Assembly: GCA_035296385.1 (NCBI GenBank)
Contig: DATHBB010000171.1
Location: 7,329-71,328, forward strand
Length of the DNA: 64,000 nucleotides
Direction: 5' to 3'
DNA from: Pyrinomonadaceae bacterium
Lineage (GTDB): Bacteria > Acidobacteriota > Blastocatellia > Pyrinomonadales > Pyrinomonadaceae
In this document: in pieces, positions 55,916-64,000 of the stretch
Position numbering within the stretch: position 1 is the stretch's first letter
How the letters are laid out: every line of letters starts with the position of its first letter
Made by a program: the position numbers and the translations under genes
The notes under the pieces: generated by a model
What the model saw: only the letters and a program-made list of their open reading frames with translations
Told to the model about the DNA's origin: nothing
The model's database searches: none

Positions 55916-57184
55916 ATGAAAACATTAGTCTCCTTCTGCTATGGCTTCATCATCCTGATCGGTTATGTCCTCCTCGTGCCACCGGCAAAAGCACAGGAGG
56001 CGCGCGGCGTCGGCATCCCTGCCGCCACGCCCGCCGGTCGCTATTACGCGCTCGTCATCGGCAACAACGCTTATACGTCCGTGCCCAAGTTGAAGACCGC
56101 CGAGGCGGACGCGCGCGAGGTCGCCGCGCTGCTCAGAGATTCATACGGCTTCGAGACGAAACTACTCCTGAACGCCACGCGCCAGCAGATTATGTCGGCG
56201 TTCACCTCCTACCGCCGCACGCTCGCGCCGGACGCGAGCCTGCTCATCTATTACGCGGGTCACGGCATCAACGATAAGGACGCGGACAAGGCTTACTGGC
56301 TGCCCGTGGACGCCACGCTCGACGACCAATCGAACTGGATCATCGCCGACGAGATCACGACCGCGCTCAAGGTCATCCCGGCGAGACACGTGCTCGTCAT
56401 CTCGGACAGTTGCTATTCGGGAACGCTCACCAGAGGCTTGAGCGATTCGCTGCCTCGCCCGACCGAGCGCGAACAGTTCCTGCAGCGGATGGCGGCGGGG
56501 CGTTCGCGGACACTGATGGCTTCGGGCGGCGACGAGCCGGTAGCGGACGGAGGAGGGGGCGGGCATTCGATCTTCGCCGGGGCGCTGCTGCGTGGGCTGA
56601 AAGAGATGGACAAGGGACAGTTCACGGCGTCCGAGTTGTTTCGTTATCACGTGCAAGAGCCGGTAGCGGGGCGGGCGAATCAGACGCCGGAATACAACCC
56701 TCTGAGAAACTCCGGGCACGAGAGCGGGGATTTCATCTTCGAGCGCGTGAAGGCGGGCGACAAGACGGCGGAAGTCAAAGCGACCGCCAATCCGCCGGAC
56801 TCTTCACGCGCTCCCGGCATTGCCAAGTTAAACGCCACTGTGACGGCATTGCGTTTTTATCTGCCGAAGCCGAACGATGAGAGAATCTATCGCACGCGCT
56901 TTCCCAGGTCGGAAGTCAGCTTCGTTAATTGGGAGCTTGAACTCGGTTTCCCTGACCCGCGCCGGGAGGTTCCACTCGTCGTTGACGGGGTGCTGTACCG
57001 CGCGGACGGGAGCGTGGACATCAAGGGGACTGCGAAGGGAGTTATCCAGCCCGGCTGGACCTCGGTGACGATAATTCACGGGTGGGGTTATCAGGAAGCC
57101 GGTAAATGGCCTATCGAGACATACCGTGTAGAACTGTTTATCGAGGGGCAAAAAATCGCGACGGGATCATTTGAGGTGTATTAG
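55916..57184 (+). CDS. Caspase-family (peptidase C14) protein with signal/anchor and uncharacterised C-terminal domain
   Basis: MKTLVSFCYGFIILIGYVLLVPPAKAQ. YALVIGNNAY. A His/Cys dyad context (IYYAGHG and VISDSCYSG). A beta-rich C-terminal domain of about 150 aa with no recognised family. Confidence 0.85.
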   Translation: MKTLVSFCYGFIILIGYVLLVPPAKAQEARGVGIPAATPAGRYYALVIGNNAYTSVPKLKTAEADAREVAALLRDSYGFETKLLLNATRQQIMSAFTSYRRTLAPDASLLIYYAGHGINDKDADKAYWLPVDATLDDQSNWIIADEITTALKVIPARHVLVISDSCYSGTLTRGLSDSLPRPTEREQFLQRMAAGRSRTLMASGGDEPVADGGGGGHSIFAGALLRGLKEMDKGQFTASELFRYHVQEPVAGRANQTPEYNPLRNSGHESGDFIFERVKAGDKTAEVKATANPPDSSRAPGIAKLNATVTALRFYLPKPNDERIYRTRFPRSEVSFVNWELELGFPDPRREVPLVVDGVLYRADGSVDIKGTAKGVIQPGWTSVTIIHGWGYQEAGKWPIETYRVELFIEGQKIATGSFEVY

Positions 57185-57207
57185 GGCAATGTAACCGCTC
57201 CACGCAA

Positions 57208-57243
57208 AAGGTGGCCGCTACTCCGAGGAGTAGCGGCCACCTT
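57208..57243. terminator. Bidirectional hairpin terminator between convergent genes
   Basis: aaggtggccgctactcc ga ggagtagcggccacctt: 17-bp perfect stem, with a short A run upstream and a T-rich tract (ctttgtt) downstream. Confidence 0.8.
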
Positions 57244-57259
57244 CTTTGTTGTCCCCGAA

Positions 57260-58789
57260 CTAGACCGAAAATTGTCCGGCTTCAAGCAACTCTTTGACAT
57301 AGGCGAGGAAGCGCTCGGCGTCCGCGCCGTCGATGATGCGGTGGTCGAAGGAGAGCGCGAAGTAGGCCATGTGACGGATGGCGATGTAGTCGTCGCCTTC
57401 GGGCGTGGTCAAGACTTTCGCGCGCTTCTCAATCGTGCCGATGCCGAGGATGGCGACCTGCGGCTGGTTGATGATGGGCGTGCCGAAGAGGCCGCCGAAG
57501 ACGCCGGGGTTCGTGACGGTGAAGGTGCCGCCCGCCACCTCGTCGGGCTTGAGTTGCTTGTTGCGTGCGCGGTCGGCCAGATCGTTTGCGGCGCGCGCGA
57601 GGCCGGAGATAGAGAGGTCGTCGGCGCGTTTGATGACGGGCACGATCAAGCCCCAGTCGAGCGCGACGGCCATGCCGAGATTGATGTCCTGCTTGTAGAC
57701 GATCTGATCGCCACTGACCTGCGAGTTGAAGATCGGAAACTTGCGCAGCGCGTTCGTGATGGCCTGGAAGATGAACGGCATGTAGGTCAACTTCGTGCCC
57801 GTGCGCTGCTGGAACTCCGCCTTGTGACGGTCGCGTAGCTTGGCGATGCGCGTCATGTCGATCTCATAGACGGTCGAGACGTGCGCCGACGTGTTCTGCG
57901 ACATGATCATGTGCTCGGCGATCTTCTTGCGCATCAGGGTCATCGGCTCGACGCGGTCGCCTGCACCGGGTTGCACGTGCGGCGCTTGCGCGGGCGGCGT
58001 CTGCACGGCGGGCTGCTGTTGCGGTTGCTGTTGCGGCGCACGCGCTTCGGCTGGCTGCGACTGCTCCGCGCCCGATTCGATGAAGCTGAGAATGTCGTTT
58101 TTGGTGACGCGCCCGCTCATCCCCGTGCCTTCGAGGCGCGTGATGTCTATGTTGTGCTCGCGCGCGATGTTGCGCACAAGCGGACTGGACTTCGTGCGAC
58201 GCAAATCTTCTACCGACTGCGCGCCGCCGTTTGCGCCGGTGGATGCGTCAACCGCCTGCTCGCCGCCGTTGCCCGCGCCCGACGCGCCTGATGCGAGCGA
58301 CTGGCCTTCCGCCTTCGCGCCCGGGCGCTCCGAGTCGTAACTCCTGCCCGCGACCTCGGCGGTCTGCGGCGATACGGGCGGCGCGGCAGATGCTTGCGAT
58401 GCCGGTTGTGTCGTCGTCGCCTGCGGAGGCGCGGGCGGCGGCGCGCTTTCGACGGCGGCTTGCGCGGCGGGCGCGGGAGTTGCGGCAGCAGGCGCGCTCG
58501 CCGCCGCCGCAGGTTGCGCGCTGGCAGGGGGCGCGGCGCTGGCAGTCTCACCCTCCGCGCCGATGAATGCCACGACCTTGTTCACCTCGACCGTCTCGCC
58601 CTCTTTGAACAAGACCTCGATGAGCGTCCCGGCGGCGGGGCTGGGAATTTCCGCGTCAACCTTGTCGGTCGAAATCTCGAACAGCGGCTCGTCGCGCTCC
58701 ACGCGCTCGCCCACCTGCTTCATCCAACGCGTGATCGTGCCCTCGGCGATGGACTCGCCCATCTGCGGCATCACAACTTCTGTACTCAT
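57260..58789 (-). CDS. 2-oxoacid dehydrogenase E2 (dihydrolipoamide acyltransferase)
   Basis: Lipoyl domain (MPQMGESIAEGTI ... EISTDKVDAEIPSP), Ala/Pro linker, E3-binding domain (SPLVRNIAREHNIDITRLEGTGMSGRVTKNDI) and a catalytic domain with SFDHRIIDG. Confidence 0.9.
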   Translation of the reverse strand: MSTEVVMPQMGESIAEGTITRWMKQVGERVERDEPLFEISTDKVDAEIPSPAAGTLIEVLFKEGETVEVNKVVAFIGAEGETASAAPPASAQPAAAASAPAAATPAPAAQAAVESAPPPAPPQATTTQPASQASAAPPVSPQTAEVAGRSYDSERPGAKAEGQSLASGASGAGNGGEQAVDASTGANGGAQSVEDLRRTKSSPLVRNIAREHNIDITRLEGTGMSGRVTKNDILSFIESGAEQSQPAEARAPQQQPQQQPAVQTPPAQAPHVQPGAGDRVEPMTLMRKKIAEHMIMSQNTSAHVSTVYEIDMTRIAKLRDRHKAEFQQRTGTKLTYMPFIFQAITNALRKFPIFNSQVSGDQIVYKQDINLGMAVALDWGLIVPVIKRADDLSISGLARAANDLADRARNKQLKPDEVAGGTFTVTNPGVFGGLFGTPIINQPQVAILGIGTIEKRAKVLTTPEGDDYIAIRHMAYFALSFDHRIIDGADAERFLAYVKELLEAGQFSV

Positions 58790-58804
58790 ATAATCTCCCT
58801 AAGA

Positions 58805-58892
58805 CAGTGACAAGTGACGAGTGACAGGTGACAAGTTAAAACAAAAGAACTTGTCTACCGTCTCGTCACCTGTCACTCGTCACTTGTCACTG
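58805..58892. repeat. Heptad-periodic palindromic element H13 (GTGACAR family)
   Basis: cagtgacaagtgacgagtgacaggtgacaagttaaaac ... gtctaccgtctcgtcacctgtcactcgtcacttgtcactg. It lies between same-strand genes of the dehydrogenase cluster. Confidence 0.9.
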
Positions 58893-59165
58893 TTTTTCTG
58901 CCGTCGTCGGATCGATGATCGTTCTGATCTCGGAAATGCGGTTCGCCGGAAAGCCGCCCTGCGACGCGTGCTCGCGCACCATCTCCTCGTTCGGCGCGAT
59001 ATAGACGCAATAGATTTTGTCGTCCGTCACGTAACTCTGCACCCACTGAATCTGCGGTCCCAGATCGTTCAGGACGCCGCAAGACTTCTGCGAGATGGCC
59101 TGCAACGCGTCGCCCGTCAACTTCCCCGCCTCCGGAAATTCTCGCTCAATAACATACTTCGGCAT
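58887..59165 (-). CDS. DUF4242-like small protein
   Basis: MPKYVIEREFPEAGKLTGDALQAISQKSCGVLNDLGPQIQWVQSYVTDDKIYCVYIAPNEEMVREHA matches my recollection of DUF4242. Its last codons overlap the right arm of H13. Confidence 0.7.
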   Translation of the reverse strand: MPKYVIEREFPEAGKLTGDALQAISQKSCGVLNDLGPQIQWVQSYVTDDKIYCVYIAPNEEMVREHASQGGFPANRISEIRTIIDPTTAEKQ

Positions 59166-59182
59166 GATCGTACTCCTCAAAA

Positions 59183-59271
59183 CAGAATTCAGAACTCAGA
59201 ATACAGAAGCCGGAATAAAGACAAGAGTGAGGTTTTTAATTCTGACTCCTGTGTTCTGAATTCTGACTTCT
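59183..59271. repeat. Heptad-periodic palindromic element H14 (CAGAATT family)
   Basis: cagaatt cagaact cagaata cagaagc cggaata aag ... tttttaattctgactcctgtgttctgaattctgacttct. Imperfect. Confidence 0.85.
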
Positions 59272-59276
59272 ACACT

Positions 59277-60305
59277 TTAATACGCCGCCAGTTTGCGCGC
59301 CGCTGCGAGCACGTCTTTGATCTGCGGCAGGTGATATTCTTCGAGCGGCGGCGAATAGGGCACGGGCGTGTCAATCGCCGCGAGGCGCACGACTGGTGCG
59401 TCCAACCACTCGAACGCCTCTTCGGCAATCGTCGCCGCGATCTCGCCGCCGATGCCGCCCGTGCGCGCCGCCTCGTGCAAGATCAAAACCTTGTTCGTCT
59501 TCTTTACCGACGCGAGTATCGCAGGCTTGTCCATCGGCGCGAGCGTGCGCAGGTCTATCACTTCAACGTCCAGACCTTCTTTCTCTAATTCCTCAGCCGC
59601 GTCGAGCGCGTTCAGGACCTGCGCGCCGAACGTGATGATGGACAGGTCGCGCCCCTCGCGCGCCGTGCGCGCTTTGCCGATTTCTACTATGTAGTCGTCC
59701 TCCGGCAACTCTTCGCGCAGGCGCGGGAGGCGGTAGAGTTTCTTGTGCTCGAAGTAGAGCACGGGGTCGGGGTCGCGTATGGCGGCTTTAATCAAACCCT
59801 TCGCGTCGTAGGCCGTTGAAGGCTCGACGATCTTCAAGCCCGCCGTGTTCAAAAAGAACGACTCGGCGTTGACCGAATGGAACGGCCCCGAGTGCACGCC
59901 CGCGCCGCAAGGGCCGCGAAACACTGTCGGCAGCCCCGCGCCCCAGCGGTAACGACACTTCGCCGCGTAGTTCGTCAACATGTCGAAGCCGGGCGAGATG
60001 AAGTCTATGAACTGAAACTCCGCGACGGGTCGCATCCCCATCAGCGCCGCGCCGCACGCCGCGCCGACAATCGCCGCCTCCGAGATCGGCGTGTCGATCA
60101 CGCGCCCCTCGCCGAACTCGTCTAAAAGGCCGTCCGTGACTTTGAACGCGCCGCCGTAAGCGCCCACGTCCTCGCCGATGACGAACACGCTGGGGTCGCG
60201 CTCCATCTCTTCCCAGATGCCCTGACGGATCGCCTCTACAAACGTCGCCACGCCGCCGCGCGACGGGCGGTTCGATTTATGCTCTTTTTTAACTGCGGTT
60301 GACAT
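59277..60305 (-). CDS. 2-oxoacid dehydrogenase E1 component, beta subunit
   Basis: Full-length similarity to the transketolase-like E1 beta family (VFVIGEDVGAYGGAFKVTDGL ... RVIDTPISEAAIVG ... FQFIDF). Confidence 0.9.
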   Translation of the reverse strand: MSTAVKKEHKSNRPSRGGVATFVEAIRQGIWEEMERDPSVFVIGEDVGAYGGAFKVTDGLLDEFGEGRVIDTPISEAAIVGAACGAALMGMRPVAEFQFIDFISPGFDMLTNYAAKCRYRWGAGLPTVFRGPCGAGVHSGPFHSVNAESFFLNTAGLKIVEPSTAYDAKGLIKAAIRDPDPVLYFEHKKLYRLPRLREELPEDDYIVEIGKARTAREGRDLSIITFGAQVLNALDAAEELEKEGLDVEVIDLRTLAPMDKPAILASVKKTNKVLILHEAARTGGIGGEIAATIAEEAFEWLDAPVVRLAAIDTPVPYSPPLEEYHLPQIKDVLAAARKLAAY

Positions 60306-60327
60306 ATCGGATGAAAGATATCGCCTC

Positions 60328-60879
60328 TTATTTTACGGTGATGGTCTGCGCGCTCTTGAGCAGACTTTCCTTATATTTTTCGTGCTGTGCGATGGTCGAA
60401 TTGAAGTTGAACAACAGCAGTTGGCCGTCGAAGACGGTGAAATACATATCGTTGATGACGCCCGTGTCAATCGCCGCCGCCTTCAAGTGCAGGCGAACCC
60501 AGCGCGTCCCGTTGAGCGTGACGATCTCGCGCACGATCCATTCAAGGCCGGGGATGCCGCTCTCAAGTTGCTTCTCCATCATCTTCTTCAACTCGTCCAG
60601 GGCTATTGGCGGAAGTCCGCTGCCCCTAGCCCCGAAAGCGACCGAGACGTTGTGCCGCTCATTCGCACTGTAGGCGACATCCGGCGCGTAGGCCGCACCG
60701 TTGCGACCGTACTTGAAGTTGATGTCCTCTTTCGACATCGGCTTGAATCCGGGGGGCGGCACGAAGCTGACGCGCCCGTCTTTGAATTGCACACGTTCAG
60801 CGGTTTGCGCGTGAGCGTTCGCGCCCGACAAGACAAAGGCCAGCAGGACGAAAGCGACGACGAGGTTCGCACGTCTCAT
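60328..60879 (-). CDS. Secreted hypothetical protein inserted between E1 alpha and E1 beta
   Basis: Signal peptide MRRANLVVAFVLLAFVLSGANAHAQ. No family recognised. The start lies 3 nt after the E1 alpha stop. The 3' third is visibly more AT-rich than the neighbouring genes. Confidence 0.6.
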   Translation of the reverse strand: MRRANLVVAFVLLAFVLSGANAHAQTAERVQFKDGRVSFVPPPGFKPMSKEDINFKYGRNGAAYAPDVAYSANERHNVSVAFGARGSGLPPIALDELKKMMEKQLESGIPGLEWIVREIVTLNGTRWVRLHLKAAAIDTGVINDMYFTVFDGQLLLFNFNSTIAQHEKYKESLLKSAQTITVK

Positions 60880-60882
60880 ATC

Positions 60883-62019
60883 TCAATTGCCCCCGAAGAC
60901 TTTCGGGCGAAACGCGGGCGGCACGATTGAGTTATCGAAGACGCCGTAAGCGGCCTTCTCCGCGTCGGGCATCGGCGACTCCTCGGCCCACGCCACGTCC
61001 TCGTCAATCTCGCGCACGACGCCCGCGACGATCTCGTCAAGCTCGGCCTGCGTCGCGACATTTTGCGTCAACAGGTGGCGCGTGAATCTATCGACGGGGT
61101 CGCGCTTCTCCCACATCGCGAGTTCTTCGGAGGCGATGTAACGCTGGTCGTCGTGCTCCGCGTGGCCTTTGCGCCGGTAGGTCTTGGCTTCGATCAAAAC
61201 CGCCCCGCCGCCCCCGCGCGCAAACTCCGCCGCGCGCTTCGTCACTTCGTAACAGGCGATGATGTCGTTGCCGTCAACGATGTGGCCGGGGATGCCGTAG
61301 CCTGCGGCCTTGTCTGCGAGGTTCTCAACGGCTGTCTGCAAGCGCGTCGGCGTCGAGTAGGCGTACCAGTTGTGTTCGGCGATGATGATGACGGGAAGGC
61401 GCTGCACGGCGGCGAAGTTCAGCCCCTCGTGGAACGCGCCCGTGCTCATGCCGCCGTCGCCGATGTAGGCCATCGCGACGATCTCTTTCTTCTGCATGCG
61501 CGCGCCGAGCGCGATGCCGGTCATCACCGGGATCATGTCGCCGAGGTGCGAGATGGGGCCGATGAAGCCCTTCTCCATGTTGCCGAAGTGGATGTTGAGG
61601 TCGCGCCCTTCCGACGGCCCCCACGCCTTCGCCATGTACTGCGCGAAAATCTCACGCGGGCGGATACCCTTCACCAGCACCGCGCCGAGATCGCGTATGA
61701 GCGGCGCGATGAAGTCCTGTTTATCGAGCGCGTAGCACGTCCCCACCGCCGTCGCTTCCTGACCGAGCGAACGAAAGACGCCGCCGACAACTTTCGTCTG
61801 CCGGTACAAATTCACCAGCCGCTCTTCGACGAGCCGCGTCAGCAACAGGTAGCGATACAACTCCAACAACTGCTCGCGCCCGAGCGTCGTCTCCGTCGTG
61901 CAGATCAACTCCTCGTCGGCGACGCCTGCCGACGCGTTCGCGCCGTTGCCGTCCGCACCTTTGCGACCCTTCGCCTCGCCCTGCTTCGACGCGCCTTTGC
62001 GCTTTGTCTCTGTCTTCAT
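60883..62019 (-). CDS. 2-oxoacid dehydrogenase E1 component, alpha subunit (TPP-dependent)
   Basis: TPP-binding motif YIGDGGMSTGAFHEGLNFAAV ... IIAEHN. Full-length E1 alpha-like sequence. Confidence 0.9.
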   Translation of the reverse strand: MKTETKRKGASKQGEAKGRKGADGNGANASAGVADEELICTTETTLGREQLLELYRYLLLTRLVEERLVNLYRQTKVVGGVFRSLGQEATAVGTCYALDKQDFIAPLIRDLGAVLVKGIRPREIFAQYMAKAWGPSEGRDLNIHFGNMEKGFIGPISHLGDMIPVMTGIALGARMQKKEIVAMAYIGDGGMSTGAFHEGLNFAAVQRLPVIIIAEHNWYAYSTPTRLQTAVENLADKAAGYGIPGHIVDGNDIIACYEVTKRAAEFARGGGGAVLIEAKTYRRKGHAEHDDQRYIASEELAMWEKRDPVDRFTRHLLTQNVATQAELDEIVAGVVREIDEDVAWAEESPMPDAEKAAYGVFDNSIVPPAFRPKVFGGN

Positions 62020-62025
62020 AAAAGA

Positions 62026-62145
62026 TTGTCAGTGGTCAGTTGTCCGTCGCCAGTTGTTTTCGTCTCGCCTAACTTGAGAGCCTGAACTTTAGCCCGCCGC
62101 CCGTGCTACACAAACAACGGACAACTGACTACGGACAACTGGCAG
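62026..62145. repeat. Heptad-periodic palindromic element H15 (CAGTTGTCCGT family)
   Basis: attgtcagtggtcagttgtccgtcgccagttgttt ... aaacaacggacaactgactacggacaactggcag. It lies between lpd and E1 alpha on the same strand. Confidence 0.85.
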
Positions 62146-62148
62146 CCC

Positions 62149-63552
62149 TTAAAAGTGAATGGTCAGGCCATGAATGCCTTCGGCGGCTTCCATCATGGCT
62201 TCGGAGACGGTCGGGTGCGCGAAGATGGTGCGCCCGAGTTCCTCTGCGGTCGATTCGAGTTGGAGCGCGACGCCCGCCTCGGCGATGAGTTCCGTCGCGT
62301 GCGCCCCGATGATGTGCACGCCCAGAAGTTCGTCATACTTCGTCTCGCTGACGACTTTGATGAAGCCCTCTTCTTCGCCGAGTATGCGCGCCTTGCCCGA
62401 CGCGGAGAACGGGAACTTCGCCACACGCACGTCGTAGCCCTCCTTCTTCGCCGCCGCTTCCGTCAGACCGACGGACGCGACTTCCGGATCGCAATAAGTG
62501 CATGAAGGGACGTGGCGCATGTTGATCGGGTGCGGCTTCTGCCCCGCGATCTGCTCGACCACGAGGATGCCCTCTTTCGACGCGAGGTGCGCGAGCCACG
62601 GCGTAGGGATCACGTCGCCGATGGCGTAGACGCCCGCTTCGCCCGTGCGGCAAAATTCATCTACTTGAACGTTCCCGCGCTCGACCTTGATCTTCGTGCC
62701 TTCCAGCCCTAAGCCTTCGAGGTACGGCATGCGCCCGACGGCGACGAGGAACATCTCGGCTTCGAGCCTGACTTCCGCGCCCTTCGCGTCCTTGCCCGTC
62801 ACGACGACGCCTTTATCCGTCTTCTCCATCTTCTCCAGACGCGTGCCGAGTTGCTGCTTGATGCCGCGCTTGCGGAAAGATTTTTCGAGTTCGACGCACA
62901 CTTCCTCGTCTTCGAGCGGCAGCAGATGCGGCATGAGTTCCACGATGGTCGTCTCCGTCCCGAAGCGCGAGTACACGGACGCGAACTCTACGCCGACCGC
63001 GCCTGCGCCCATCACGATGAGAGACTTCGGCACTTCCTTGAGTTCCAGTATGTGGTCGCTGTTGACGACGCGCGCGCCGTCCGTCTCGAAGCCCGGTATG
63101 GGGCGCACGACCGAACCCGTCGCGATGATGATGTTCTTCGTCTCGATGGTCTGCTTCGCGCCGTCCGCGCCCGTGACTTCGACACGACCGGGGAGCGCGA
63201 GTTTGCCCGTCCCGTTGAAGACCGTCACCTTGTTCTTCTTCATCAGGTAGGAGACGCCCGCCGCGTTCTTATTGACGATCTTATCTTTGCGTTTCTGCAC
63301 GGCGTCGAAGGCGAGTTTGACTTCCGAGACCTGCACGCCGTGATCGCCCAGATGCTGCGCGAGTTCGTAGTTGTGCGCCGACATCAACAGCGCCTTCGTC
63401 GGGATACAGCCGCGCAACCCGCACGTCCCGCCCAGACGCTTCTCTTTCTCCACGAGCGCGACCTTCAAGCCGAGTTGCGCCCCGCGTATGGCGGCCACAT
63501 ATCCGCCGGGGCCTGCGCCGATAACCGTCACGTCAAATTGTTCTGTCGCCAA
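62149..63552 (-). CDS. lpdA: Dihydrolipoyl dehydrogenase (E3)
   Basis: FAD motif VIGAGPGGY, redox-active disulfide GGTCGLRGCIPTK, and a C-terminal HAHPT-x-SE interface motif. Confidence 0.95.
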   Translation of the reverse strand: MATEQFDVTVIGAGPGGYVAAIRGAQLGLKVALVEKEKRLGGTCGLRGCIPTKALLMSAHNYELAQHLGDHGVQVSEVKLAFDAVQKRKDKIVNKNAAGVSYLMKKNKVTVFNGTGKLALPGRVEVTGADGAKQTIETKNIIIATGSVVRPIPGFETDGARVVNSDHILELKEVPKSLIVMGAGAVGVEFASVYSRFGTETTIVELMPHLLPLEDEEVCVELEKSFRKRGIKQQLGTRLEKMEKTDKGVVVTGKDAKGAEVRLEAEMFLVAVGRMPYLEGLGLEGTKIKVERGNVQVDEFCRTGEAGVYAIGDVIPTPWLAHLASKEGILVVEQIAGQKPHPINMRHVPSCTYCDPEVASVGLTEAAAKKEGYDVRVAKFPFSASGKARILGEEEGFIKVVSETKYDELLGVHIIGAHATELIAEAGVALQLESTAEELGRTIFAHPTVSEAMMEAAEGIHGLTIHF

Positions 63553-63719
63553 AACGTTTTCGTCCTCTCGAAAGTGGAGGCGGCACCGAGCGCGCGTCAG
63601 GCATTTGCCGCGCGCCGCCGCCCCGAAATAGAGACTTTATTGTATGTGTAGCTGTTGCAAACGGGGATTATAATGCCTCCGGTCTTTTTCATCCAGCGAC
63701 GGGAGAAACCGAACACACC

Positions 63720-64000
63720 ATGAAACACACCGCAGCCTACGAACGACTCGTGGCCGACGCCAAAACACGCATCCGCGAACTCAACGTCCAACAAACACTC
63801 GAACACCTCGACGCCAACCCCGAAGCGCGCCTCATAGACGTGCGCGAAGACCACGAATGGCAAGCCGGCCACGCCGCGCGCGCAGAGCATTTGGGGCGCG
63901 GCATCATCGAACGCGACATCGAAGGAGTTATCCCCGACAAACAGACCGAACTCATACTCTACTGCGGCGGCGGCTACCGCTCCGCTTTAGCCTGCGACAA
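63720..64000 (+). CDS. Rhodanese-domain protein (3' end outside window)
   Basis: ATG 63720 follows GGGAGA. Translation: MKHTAAYERLVADAKTRIRELNVQQ ... RLIDVREDHEWQAGHA ... ILYCGGGYRSA (active-site Cys loop). The frame is open to the window edge. Confidence 0.75.
   Translation, partial: MKHTAAYERLVADAKTRIRELNVQQTLEHLDANPEARLIDVREDHEWQAGHAARAEHLGRGIIERDIEGVIPDKQTELILYCGGGYRSALACD

Noticed and set aside
2884-62145. CRISPR arrays, suggested by short periodic repeats such as GTGACAA GTGACAG
   Set aside because: The repeat units are about 7 nt and directly abutting with no spacers. Each array is mirrored by a complementary array to form a hairpin, and no cas genes are present.

Overview
GC-rich bacterial chromosomal window (coding regions look roughly two-thirds G+C by eye, not computed). 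It is probably Acidobacteriota, judging from the protein families: an acidobacterial-type VWFA protein, a TIGR03118-like protein, a CarboxypepD_reg-fronted TonB-dependent receptor and a giant secreted M36 protease. About 51 protein genes are supportable and most are housekeeping: secA 3' end, serS, galU, fabG-like, mnmA, sppA, lipB and lipA, an lpd/E1alpha/E1beta/E2 2-oxoacid dehydrogenase cluster, a TetR plus acyl-CoA synthetase pair, MATE and MscS transporters, and a three-gene PAS/His-kinase/receiver cluster. Four things stand out. (1) At 24.2-24.9 kb, an AT-rich PD-(D/E)XK homing-endonuclease-like ORF plus an intact tRNA-Ser(UGA) sits between the 5' half and the 3' end of a second, decaying tRNA-Ser(UGA) gene, which looks like a target-gene replacement cassette. 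(2) A SelW/Rdx-like gene at 47356..47598 (-) has an in-frame TGA at the CxxU position and a SECIS-like hairpin; ORF callers cannot see it. (3) At least 15 long palindromic intergenic elements have arms built from roughly 7-nt tandem units. They fall into several sequence families, some share an asymmetric loop core, and one is nested in the loop of another. (4) An orphan CbbQ/NorQ AAA+ gene, a DinB-like gene and a CbbO/NorD-like VWA gene form a trio. Many long antisense ORFs in the supplied track are GC-composition artefacts and were rejected. All family assignments come from reading the translations; no database search was run.
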